Shown here one piece after another: positions 28,306-37,083 of a stretch of 64,000 nucleotides of DNA (the first letter of the stretch is position 1; the number at the start of each line of letters is the position of its first letter). The stretch comes from Gemmatimonadota bacterium (GTDB lineage Bacteria > Gemmatimonadota > Gemmatimonadetes > Palauibacterales > Palauibacteraceae), in the NCBI GenBank assembly GCA_963666735.1, contig OY762926.1, positions 1,984,001 through 2,048,000 of the forward strand. Direction: 5' to 3'. The notes beneath the pieces were generated by a model that saw only the letters and a program-made list of their open reading frames with translations, had not been told where the DNA came from and searched no databases. The translations under genes and the position numbers were made by a program.

Positions 28306-31205
28306 GCCGGTTCCGCGCGGGCGACGGCCGCGTCGAGCCCGAGCCGCTCCGCCCGGGCACGGAGGAAGGCGCCCGTGCGCGAGGCCTCGGACTCCGCGAT
28401 GCTGGCCGGCGGGCCCGCCGCCACGATGCGACCTCCGTCCTCCGCGGGCCCGGGCCCCATGTCGATGACCCAGTCGGCTTCCGCGACGACGTCGAGGTTG
28501 TGCTCCACGACGACGACGGCATGCCCTTCTCCCACGAGTTCCCGCAGCACCGCGACGAGCGTGCCGACTTCCGCCACCCCGAGGCCCACGGTGGGCTCGT
28601 CGAGGATGTACAGCCGCCGGCCCGCGCTTCGCCGGCGCGCGAGTTCCCGGGCGATCTTGAGCCGCTGCGCCTCCCCTCCGGAGAGCGTCGTGGCCGGCTG
28701 GCCGAGCCGAAGGTACCCGAGACCCACCCGCTGAAGGTGCCACAGCCGGGCGCCGAGACGGTCGTGCCGGATGAAGAAGCGAATCGCCTCGTCCACGGTC
28801 ATATCGAGCGCATCGCGGATCGAGCGGCCGCGGATCCCGATCTCCAGCACCTCCGGACGGTAGCGCGAGCCCCCGCACGCCTCGCAGGGCACGGAAACAT
28901 CGGCCAGGAAGACCATCTCCACCGTCTCCTCGCCCGCGCCCTTGCAGTGCTCGCAGCGCCCGCCCGGGCGGTTGAAGGAGAAATATCCCGCCTCGTATCC
29001 GCGGGAGCGGGCTTCCGGGAGGGCGGCGTACGCGCTCCGCAGCGCCGTGAAGGCTCCGATGTACGTCGCCGGGTTCGAGCGCGGCGTACGGCCGATCGGC
29101 CGCTGGTCGACGAGCACGACGTCCTCGAGGAGTTCCGCGCCTTCGAGCCGCTCCCAGGAGCCGGCGGGCTCGCCCAGATGCGGTTTGGCGGAGGAGCGGT
29201 TCGTGATCTCCCGCTCGAGGGCGTGATAGAGCACGCCGCGGATGAGCGTCGACTTCCCGGAACCGGAGACGCCGGTGACGAGCGTGAGCGCCCCCAGGGG
29301 AATCGCCACATCCACATCCCGAACGTTGTGCAGGCGGGCGCCGCGCAGGACGAGTTCTCCCGCCGCCGCCGCTCCCCCATCCCGGGGTGCGCCGCCCCAC
29401 CGCCCGGCGGCAGCCGCCCGCCGCGCGAGGGCCTGTCCCGTTCCGGTGTCCGACGCGAGAAGGCGGTCCCAGCCACCCTCGAACACGATCTCGCCGCCCT
29501 GCTCTCCGGCTCCGGGCCCCAGTTCCACGATGCGGTCGGCCCGTTCCAGCACCGCGGGCTCGTGCTCGACGACGACGACGGTGTTCCCGCGGTTCGCGAG
29601 CCGCTCGAGGACGCCGGTGAAGGCTTGGATGTCGTGCGGGTGGAGTCCGATCGTGGGTTCGTCGAGGACGTAGAGCGTGCCGACCAGCCGGCTCCCGAGA
29701 CAGCTGGCGAGGCGGATCCTCTGCATCTCCCCCCCGGAGAGGGATCGGGCCTGCCGGTCCAGCGTGAGATACCCGAGTCCGACTTCCGCGAGAAACGAGG
29801 TCCGATGCTCGAGTTCGCGCAGGATCGTCGACGCGACCTGTCGCTGGAAGGGAGTGAGGTCGAGTCCGTCCGCGAGCCAGCCGGAGATTTCCGTTACCGT
29901 CCGCCGGGCGACTTCGGCGATGTGCCGCCCTCCCACGCGGACGTTCAGCGCCTCCGGTTTCAGGCGGTAGCCCTCGCAGCCGGCGCACCGCTCGGGAAGC
30001 TGATACTGGCGCAGAAAGACGCGGATGTACGCCTTGTACCGCTTTTTTTCCTTCGAGCGGAGAAAGGGGATCACGCCCCGGAAGCGTTCCGCCGCAAACC
30101 TTCCTCCGTTCAGCAGCACGTGGCGGCCATCCTCCGGAAGCGCCTCCCAGGGGAGCGTCGCGTCGAGCCCGGAGGCGGCGGCGAACTGTCTCAGGCGCGA
30201 GCGTTCGCGCCGGTAGCGGGGCTTCGACCACGGATCGAGCGCCCCCTCGTCCAGGGAACGGCCCGGGTCGGGGACGATGAGTTCGGGGGAGTACTCCAGC
30301 ACGGCGCCGAACCCCGTGCAGGTGTCGCACGCTCCGGCGGGGCTGTTGAAGCTGAACAACCGGGGGGTAGGCCGCGGAAAACCGGAGCCGCAGACTCCGC
30401 ATCGATAGGCCTCCTCGAAATCGCGGCGCTCGGGCGCCGAGGCGCCGCGCCGCCAGACGAGCGCGACGGCGGCGCCCCCTCCCTCGGCGAAGGCGGCCGC
30501 CAGCGAGTCCGCGATCCGTTCGCGATCCTCCGCGCGTGACGTGACCCGATCCACGACGACGAGCGCCTCCCGGGCTCGGGTCAACGCACGCACTTCTTCC
30601 CCCTTCTCGTGTTCCTCCTCTTTTTCCTCCAGGTCGATGTCCGGCAGGTAGAGTTCGCGACCGTCGGCGAGGACGCGGACGTACCCCCGTGCCCTGAGGT
30701 TTTCCACCACTCTCGCGCCGTTCCCGCGCGCTTCGCGGGGGACCGGAAAGGCGATGGCCAGCCGTGTGTCGCGACCCAGGTCGAGGAGCGCGTCGGCGGC
30801 CGACGTCACGGTGTCCGGCACGACGGAGCGCCCGCACCCGGGACACACGGTCGTCCCCACGCGCGCCCACAGCAGTCTCAGGTAGTCGTAGACCTCGGTG
30901 ATCGTGCCGACGGTGGAGCGGCTCGACTGCACCCGGTTGCTCTGGTCGATGGCGACGGAGGGACTCACGCCCTCAACGAGATCGACGGCGGGCTTCGGCA
31001 TCCGCTCGAGGAACTGCTTGGCGTAGGTGGACAGCGACTCGATGTACCGCCGCTGCCCTTCGGCATAGATCGTATCGAAGGCGAGGCTGGATTTCCCCGA
31101 GCCGGAAGGCCCCGTGAGGACGGTGAGGGCCCCACGCTCGATGTCGATGTCGATGCCCTTGAGGTTGTGCTGCCGGGCGCCTCGGACCCGGATCCGGTCG
31201 CTCAT
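28302..31205 (-). CDS. uvrA: Excinuclease ABC subunit UvrA
   Basis: GARQHNLK, GPSGSGKSSLAFDTIYAEGQRRY, zinc fingers, two ABC modules (LSGGE..LDEPT). Confidence 0.96.
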   Translation of the reverse strand: MSDRIRVRGARQHNLKGIDIDIERGALTVLTGPSGSGKSSLAFDTIYAEGQRRYIESLSTYAKQFLERMPKPAVDLVEGVSPSVAIDQSNRVQSSRSTVGTITEVYDYLRLLWARVGTTVCPGCGRSVVPDTVTSAADALLDLGRDTRLAIAFPVPREARGNGARVVENLRARGYVRVLADGRELYLPDIDLEEKEEEHEKGEEVRALTRAREALVVVDRVTSRAEDRERIADSLAAAFAEGGGAAVALVWRRGASAPERRDFEEAYRCGVCGSGFPRPTPRLFSFNSPAGACDTCTGFGAVLEYSPELIVPDPGRSLDEGALDPWSKPRYRRERSRLRQFAAASGLDATLPWEALPEDGRHVLLNGGRFAAERFRGVIPFLRSKEKKRYKAYIRVFLRQYQLPERCAGCEGYRLKPEALNVRVGGRHIAEVARRTVTEISGWLADGLDLTPFQRQVASTILRELEHRTSFLAEVGLGYLTLDRQARSLSGGEMQRIRLASCLGSRLVGTLYVLDEPTIGLHPHDIQAFTGVLERLANRGNTVVVVEHEPAVLERADRIVELGPGAGEQGGEIVFEGGWDRLLASDTGTGQALARRAAAAGRWGGAPRDGGAAAAGELVLRGARLHNVRDVDVAIPLGALTLVTGVSGSGKSTLIRGVLYHALEREITNRSSAKPHLGEPAGSWERLEGAELLEDVVLVDQRPIGRTPRSNPATYIGAFTALRSAYAALPEARSRGYEAGYFSFNRPGGRCEHCKGAGEETVEMVFLADVSVPCEACGGSRYRPEVLEIGIRGRSIRDALDMTVDEAIRFFIRHDRLGARLWHLQRVGLGYLRLGQPATTLSGGEAQRLKIARELARRRSAGRRLYILDEPTVGLGVAEVGTLVAVLRELVGEGHAVVVVEHNLDVVAEADWVIDMGPGPAEDGGRIVAAGPPASIAESEASRTGAFLRARAERLGLDAAVARAEPA

Positions 31206-31281
31206 GGGAGCATGATGGCCGGCGGCGGCGGGGCGCGCCAACCTGATTGGAACGGAGCGGCCGAGTCCGTACTATGCGGGC

Positions 31282-33174
31282 ATGCAGACACCGGACGGTC
31301 CCCTCCAGGAGGAAGAAGCGCTCGGGAAGGCGTATGACGCCCGTCTCATGAAGCGTCTGCTCGGGTACCTGAGACCGTACCGGGGCAAGGTCGCGATCGC
31401 GGTGCTGATGCTCGTGGCGGCCTCCGGTCTCGCGCTCGTCGGCCCCTGGCTGACGATGGAAGTCATCGACCACGCGATCCCGGACGGCGATTTCCGCGCC
31501 CTCCGCAACCTGTCCGTCCTCTTCTTCGTTTCGCTCCTCCTCTCCGGACTGCTGGAATATGGACGCACGATCCTGACGACGTGGATCGGGCAGAACGTGA
31601 TGCTCGACCTGCGGCAGGAGATCTTCCGGCACCTGCAGCGCCTGCGGCTCGCGTACTTCGACCGGAATCCGGTCGGACGCCTGATGACGCGGCTCACGAG
31701 CGACGTCGAGGTCCTGAACGAGATGTTCACTTCCGGCGTCGTCACGATCTTCGGGGACGTGTTCACCGTCGCCTTCATCATGATCGCCATGCTCATCATG
31801 GACTGGCGGCTCGCCCTCGTGACGTTCGCGGTTCTCCCCCTCGTGTTCGTGGCCGCCTGGCTCTTCCGGAAGAAGGTGCGAGAGGCGTACCGCGACATCC
31901 GGATCCGGCTCGCGCGCATCAACGCCTTCCTGCAGGAACGGATCACGGGCGTGCGCGTCGTGCAGTTGTTCCGGCAGGAGCGGACGGCGACGAACTGGTT
32001 CGGCAGGATCAACGATGACCACCTCGAGGCCCACCTGCGCTCGATCACGTACTACGCGCTCTTCTTCCCCGTCGTCGAGGTGCTCGCGTCCGTCGCGCTT
32101 GCGCTCATCATCTGGTACGGGGGCAACCAGGCCCTGCAGGGGACGCTCACGATCGGGGTCATCGCGGCCTTTCTGCAGTACGCGAGACGGTTCTTCCGCC
32201 CCATCCAGGATCTGTCCGAGAAGTACAACATCCTGCAGGGCGCGATGGCGAGCTCGGAGCGGATCTTCGGGCTCCTGGACGAGGCGCCGGGCATCGAGGA
32301 CCCGACGGACCCGACGGACCTCCCTACGGATCTGAGGGGCCGCATCGAGTTCGAGGACGTCTGGTTCCGGTATCTGTCGCCGGAGGAGGACGCGGCGGGG
32401 GTCACGACGCCCGCTTTGGCCCACGCCGCGGCCTGGGAGGGGGCGGAGGGGCGGCTCGACGAGGACGCGCCGGACGATGGCTGGGTGCTGCGCGGCATCA
32501 GCTTCACCGCGGAGCCGGGGCAGCGGCTCGCGGTCGTCGGAGCGACCGGAGCGGGCAAGACGACGCTGTTCAGCCTCCTCATGCGCTTCTACGAGCCGCA
32601 GCGCGGGCGCATCACGCTCGACGGGATCGACATCCGGGAGCTCCGGCTCTCCGACCTTCGCCAACAGATGGGCCTCGTGCTGCAGGACGTCTATCTCTTC
32701 TCGGGCTCCGCCGCGAACAACATCGCGCTCGACCGCGAGGAGGTAGGGCGGGACGAGATCCGCAAGGCGGCCCGGCAGGTCGGGGTCGACCGGCACCTCG
32801 CGCGGCTGCCGAAGAAATACGACGAGCCGCTGAGCGAGCGGGGGGGCAACCTGTCGGTCGGCGAGCGCCAGCTGGTGTCTTTCGCCCGCGCGCTCGCGGG
32901 GGATCCGCCCATCCTGCTCCTGGACGAGGCGACGAGTTCGGTGGACTCGGAGATCGAGGCGGAGATCCAGGCGGCGCTGGAGCGCCTGATGGAGGGGCGG
33001 ACGAGCCTCGTCATCGCGCACCGCCTCTCCACGATCCGGGGGGCCGATCGCATCCTCGTGCTCCACCACGGACTTGTCAGCGAATCCGGCACGCACGACA
33101 CGCTGCTGGAGAGCGGAGGGCTCTACGCGCAACTCCACCGCCTCCAGTTCCAGAAGCCGACGGCCGCCGCATGA
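31282..33174 (+). CDS. ABC transporter, fused permease/ATP-binding (MsbA/MdlB-like)
   Basis: TM domain, GATGAGKTT, LSVGERQ, LLDEATS, IAHRLST. Confidence 0.95.
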   Translation: MQTPDGPLQEEEALGKAYDARLMKRLLGYLRPYRGKVAIAVLMLVAASGLALVGPWLTMEVIDHAIPDGDFRALRNLSVLFFVSLLLSGLLEYGRTILTTWIGQNVMLDLRQEIFRHLQRLRLAYFDRNPVGRLMTRLTSDVEVLNEMFTSGVVTIFGDVFTVAFIMIAMLIMDWRLALVTFAVLPLVFVAAWLFRKKVREAYRDIRIRLARINAFLQERITGVRVVQLFRQERTATNWFGRINDDHLEAHLRSITYYALFFPVVEVLASVALALIIWYGGNQALQGTLTIGVIAAFLQYARRFFRPIQDLSEKYNILQGAMASSERIFGLLDEAPGIEDPTDPTDLPTDLRGRIEFEDVWFRYLSPEEDAAGVTTPALAHAAAWEGAEGRLDEDAPDDGWVLRGISFTAEPGQRLAVVGATGAGKTTLFSLLMRFYEPQRGRITLDGIDIRELRLSDLRQQMGLVLQDVYLFSGSAANNIALDREEVGRDEIRKAARQVGVDRHLARLPKKYDEPLSERGGNLSVGERQLVSFARALAGDPPILLLDEATSSVDSEIEAEIQAALERLMEGRTSLVIAHRLSTIRGADRILVLHHGLVSESGTHDTLLESGGLYAQLHRLQFQKPTAAA

Positions 33175-33389
33175 ACGCCGTGCTGGACTGGGCGGCGGCG
33201 CTGGATCCGCGCCTCGTGCTCCTCTCCCTCATCGGGGTCCTGAACCTCTGGGCGACCGGCGTCACCGCGCTTTCCCGGGCGCCGACGCGAGAAAAGATGC
33301 TCTGGGTCGCGGTGATCTTCCTCTGCCCCATCGTCGGCAGCGTGCTCTGGTTCGTGTTCGGCCCGAAGCTCTGGGCGGAGCGGCGCTAG
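33171..33389 (+). CDS. PLDc N-terminal-domain small membrane protein
   Basis: KMLWVAVIFLCPIVGSVLWFVFG motif; ATGA coupling. Confidence 0.75.
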   Translation: MNAVLDWAAALDPRLVLLSLIGVLNLWATGVTALSRAPTREKMLWVAVIFLCPIVGSVLWFVFGPKLWAERR

Positions 33390-33483
33390 CTCCGGACACC
33401 GGCGTCACAACGGGCATGGTTCACAGGGACTCCCGAAACCCGGGCACCTCACGTCGCTCCCTCGGGTGGCGCTGGACCGCGGG

Positions 33484-34827
33484 TCAGGACGGCCAGAGCG
33501 GACGCAGCAGATCCGCCGTGCGGGCGCCGGCGCCGGCGCCCGCCTCGACGAACGCGCGGGCGGCCCGGGCGTGGCGCCGACGGCGAGGCGGGTGGGCCAG
33601 CCCGGCCAAGGTGTCCGCGAGCGCGCCGGCCGGGGAGACGAGTGCGCCGCCGGCCGACGCGAGGGCGCGGGCGTCGGCCCGGTCGTGACGCGGGCCGAAG
33701 ATGACGGGCAGCCCGGCCGCCGCGGGCTCGAGCACGTTGTGGAGCCCGGCGCCCCCGAGGCCGCCGCCGACATAGGCCACATCGGCCGCCGCGTACAACT
33801 CCGCGAGCCGGCCCACTTCGTCGAAGACGATGACGGAGGCGTCGCGCCCCGCGGCCGTATCGCCGATCTCGGTCCAGCGGATGACGCGTTCCCCGCGGGC
33901 CGTGCAAGACGCGACGAGGGCGTCGACGTGCGCGGCGGTCGGCTCGTGGGGCGCGATCACGAACTGCCAGCCCGGGCCGCCACCCCGTCGCACGGCCGCC
34001 GCGGCATCGAGCAGCGCTCGCTCGTCAACGGGCCACGTAGAGCCAGCAACGAGCCGCGGCGGCGCCCGGTCCGCTGCTCCGTCCCCGGCTCGATCCTCCG
34101 GTCCGAGCGCAGAGAGGAAAAACACGGCCGAGCCGGCGGCGCGAGCGCGGTCGGCCCGCTCGAGCGCCAGGTCGAACGCCGCGTCCCCCGTCACCGTCAT
34201 CGCCTTCGGCCGGACGCCGAGCGCTTCGAGTCGCCGCGCGTCCTCCGGGCTCGCGGCGCCGACCGCGTCCAACCGCGCATACGAAGCGCGGAAGAGCCGG
34301 CGGGCGAGGGCGCCGGAGCGCCGGCTCCCGTCGCGGACCGTGCCGTTGATGAGCGCGACGGGCACTCCGGCCCGGTGCGCCGCGGCCACGAGTCCGGGCC
34401 ACACGTCCAACTTCGCGAACACGAGCAGGGCGGGGCGGACGGCGGCGAGCGCCGCATCGCAGTCCCGCGCGCGGTCGAGGGGCGGCGGGCCCGAATGATC
34501 CGGATCCAGCCACGCGAGCGCGGCCCGGCCCGATGGCGAGCCGTACGTGACGACGAGCTGCGCCCGCGCGCCGGCGCGCAATGCGGACGACGAACAACGC
34601 AGACCCCGGATCGCCGGCGCCGCGCCGAGCAGTTCGCCGGCGGAAGCGCCGTGGAGCCACACGAGCGGCCCGGGCGCCCGACCCCACCCCCACGCGCCCA
34701 ACTCCGCGGCGGCGCCCCGCCGGGTCGCCACCGCCCGCGCGATGTCCGGCCGGGCGCGCCGAAGCAGCGGCGCCGCCGCGAGCGCGACGCCGGCGAGCGC
34801 CTCCGTAAGGCGCGCCCCGGCGTTCAC
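33484..34827 (-). CDS. waaA: Kdo transferase (WaaA/KdtA family)
   Basis: VWLHGASAGE, PLD, DVWP, LVAGSTWP, GRLAELYAAADVAYVGG, HNVLEPAA. Confidence 0.85.
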   Translation of the reverse strand: MNAGARLTEALAGVALAAAPLLRRARPDIARAVATRRGAAAELGAWGWGRAPGPLVWLHGASAGELLGAAPAIRGLRCSSSALRAGARAQLVVTYGSPSGRAALAWLDPDHSGPPPLDRARDCDAALAAVRPALLVFAKLDVWPGLVAAAHRAGVPVALINGTVRDGSRRSGALARRLFRASYARLDAVGAASPEDARRLEALGVRPKAMTVTGDAAFDLALERADRARAAGSAVFFLSALGPEDRAGDGAADRAPPRLVAGSTWPVDERALLDAAAAVRRGGGPGWQFVIAPHEPTAAHVDALVASCTARGERVIRWTEIGDTAAGRDASVIVFDEVGRLAELYAAADVAYVGGGLGGAGLHNVLEPAAAGLPVIFGPRHDRADARALASAGGALVSPAGALADTLAGLAHPPRRRRHARAARAFVEAGAGAGARTADLLRPLWPS

Positions 34828-34877
34828 GACCGTACTCCGGAACTTTTCGCCCGCGGCCCGTATCCATATTCTCCGGC

Positions 34878-35576
34878 GTGCGCTATCTCGGGAACAACAC
34901 GAAGCTCGTCCCCTCCCTGCTGGAGACCGTGGACCGGTTCCAGGAGGCGCCCGGCAACGGAGAGCGGGAGATCGGCTACCGCGCCCTGCTCAAGGGGCTG
35001 GACAGGGAGGGACTGGACGAGGAGAGGCCGGACGGCGAGGGGCCGGGCCGGCGCGGGTTCATCTTCGAGCACTACACGAGTGGCGGAGCCGCCGGCCGGG
35101 TAGCGAACACCCCGGGCGTGTACGCCTCGTTCGTGAAGACGATGCAGCCGAACGCCCCGCGCCCTCTCGAACTCCGCCCCATCGAACCGACCCGGCGCCA
35201 AAAGGGAGCCGGAGCCTGCAGCGCGTTTCGCGCACCCGCCGCCCGGCTCCTGGAATCCGTCGATCCCGTCGATCTCGTCTATCTCGACCCTCCTTACAAC
35301 GGCCGGCAATATCCCGCGTATTATCACATCCCGGAACTCCTCGCGCTCGGCTGGGCAACGCCGCCGGAGATTCGGGGGAAGACGGGACTCATACCCGACG
35401 AGGGGCACCTGGACCGCGCCGCCATTGAGGAGATGCTGCGCGAACGGGGCCTGCCCGACAGCTACGCGGTCCACGACCGGCCCTACCGCCGCTACCGGAG
35501 CGACGCCGACGGCCCCCGGCGGAGCTACCTGCGCGACGACGTGCGAGAACACCTCCACTACGTCAGATGCGCGTGA
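34878..35576 (+). pseudogene. Internally deleted N6-adenine DNA methyltransferase (D12/Dam class)
   Basis: Keeps the MRYLGN N-terminus and YLDPPYN..QY..YYH but has no SAM-binding motif I (DxFxG). Only 232 aa, in one open frame. Confidence 0.7.
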
Positions 35577-36775
35577 GCCCGGAAAGCGCCGTGCGCCCCG
35601 AGAGCCCGGAGAGCGCCGTGCGCCCCGAGAGCTCGGCGAGCCCCGAGAGCCCGGGCCTCCCCGCCTCCCGCGCGCGCTCAGTGTTCCGGCTGCTCCCGCT
35701 GCTCCTGCTGTGCGCGGGTGCGTGCTCTCCGGCGTACGTCCTGCGCGCGGGCTGGGAGGAGGCCCGCATTCTTTCGGCGCGCCGCCCCATCCGGGCCGTG
35801 ATCCACGACACGACCGTGGCCCGCGAGACCCGTGACAAGCTCCGACTCGTCCTCGACGCGAGGGATTTCGCGGAACGCGACCTGGGGCTGCGCGCGGGCG
35901 CGAGCTACGAGTCCTTCGCGCAGCTCAATCGCGACACCCTGGTCCTGAACGTGCTCGCGGCCCCGGAGTTCGCGCTGGGCTGGAAGATGTGGTGGTTCCC
36001 CATCGTCGGCCACCTCCCCTACAAGGGATACTTCGACTTCGACGACGCCCGCGCGGAGGCCGCCAGCCTGGCCGAGGACGGCTATGACGTCTCGGTCCGG
36101 CCGGTCTCCGCCTTCTCGACGCTGGGCTGGTTCCCCGACCCCATCATGTCCACGACGCTGGGGCTCGACAGCCTGGGGCTGGTGGAGACCGTGATCCACG
36201 AGATCACGCACAGCACGTACTTCCCCACCGGGCAGGCGGATTTCAACGAGAGCTTCGCGAACTTCGTCGGGCACCGCGGCGCCATCGAATTCTTCTGCGA
36301 GGCCGTGGCGGACGAGAGTGCGTGCCAGCGGGCGCGGTGGAGGTGGGAGGACACGCGCGTATTCGGCGACTTCTTCCATTCCATTCTCGCGCCGCTGGAG
36401 GAGGTGTACGCCTCCGCCCTGCCGGACGAGGCGAAACGTGCGGCCAAGCGCGAAGTGTTCGAGGACGCGGCCCGGCGCTTCGAGACGGAGTACATCCCGC
36501 GGCTCCACGCGCGGTACGGCGCGATCGACCCGGACGGTCTCGACAACGCGTGGGTCATCTCGCGCCTTCTCTACTACACGAGGCTGGATGACTTCGAGCG
36601 TGTCTACGAGTCGCACGGCGCGCTGGTTCCCTCCGTCGAAGCGCTGATGGCGGAGGCCGCGGCCGGCGACCCGTGGGAGGCCCTGACGCGCCTGGCGGGT
36701 CCCGCGGACACGGGCTCGGGCGGAACGGGCCCCGGCGCAACCGACAACTCCGAAACCACGGAAGGTTCGAAATGA
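35567..36775 (+). CDS. Predicted zinc aminopeptidase (DUF2265-like), probable lipoprotein
   Basis: WWFPIVG..YKGYF, AFSTLGWF.DP, HEITH, FNESFA; lipobox-like CAGAC. The true start may be GTG 35681. Confidence 0.85.
   Translation: MRVSPESAVRPESPESAVRPESSASPESPGLPASRARSVFRLLPLLLLCAGACSPAYVLRAGWEEARILSARRPIRAVIHDTTVARETRDKLRLVLDARDFAERDLGLRAGASYESFAQLNRDTLVLNVLAAPEFALGWKMWWFPIVGHLPYKGYFDFDDARAEAASLAEDGYDVSVRPVSAFSTLGWFPDPIMSTTLGLDSLGLVETVIHEITHSTYFPTGQADFNESFANFVGHRGAIEFFCEAVADESACQRARWRWEDTRVFGDFFHSILAPLEEVYASALPDEAKRAAKREVFEDAARRFETEYIPRLHARYGAIDPDGLDNAWVISRLLYYTRLDDFERVYESHGALVPSVEALMAEAAAGDPWEALTRLAGPADTGSGGTGPGATDNSETTEGSK
35575..35654. repeat. 27-bp tandem repeat (two full units plus partial units)
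   Basis: GAGCCCGGA[A/G]AGCGCCGTGCGCCCCGA x2, then degenerate units. Confidence 0.85.
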
Positions 36776-37059
36776 CGGAAACGTTCGCCTGCGTGCGCTG
36801 CGACCGCGGCGACCGGGGAAGGATCGACCGCGTCCCGTTCCCCAGCGCGTTGGGAGAGCGGATCGTGGCCGAGATCTGCGCCGCCTGCTGGGAGGAGTGG
36901 AAGGAGCGCCAGATGCTCCTCATCAACCACTACGGGCTCAAGCTCCACGAAGCCGCGGCGCGAGAGTTCCTCTACAAGAACCTCCGGATCCACCTCTTCG
37001 GCGAGGAGGGCGCCGCCGCCCGCATCGATACCGACGCGGAAGGGTCCGTCGAGTGGTAG
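36772..37059 (+). CDS. Fe(II)-trafficking / oxidative damage protection protein (YggX family)
   Basis: PFPSALGERIVAEICAACWEEWKERQMLLINHYGL. Confidence 0.88.
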   Translation: MTETFACVRCDRGDRGRIDRVPFPSALGERIVAEICAACWEEWKERQMLLINHYGLKLHEAAAREFLYKNLRIHLFGEEGAAARIDTDAEGSVEW

Positions 37060-37083
37060 CGCACCCGCGCCAGCCGGCCGTCG

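Noticed and set aside
27247..30870. 1207-aa minus-strand ORF
   Set aside because: Only the last ~352 aa (GT2) look like protein. The rest is an Arg/Gly/Pro-rich alternative frame of uvrA caused by high GC.
33390..33510. SRP-RNA-like fragments (GTGAACCATG; GGGTCAGGAC..GCAGC)
   Set aside because: The pieces lie on opposite strands, lack the GGAA tetraloop helix, and partly overlap the waaA end.
35575..35654. Possible CRISPR array
   Set aside because: Units are directly adjacent with no spacers, and no cas genes are present.
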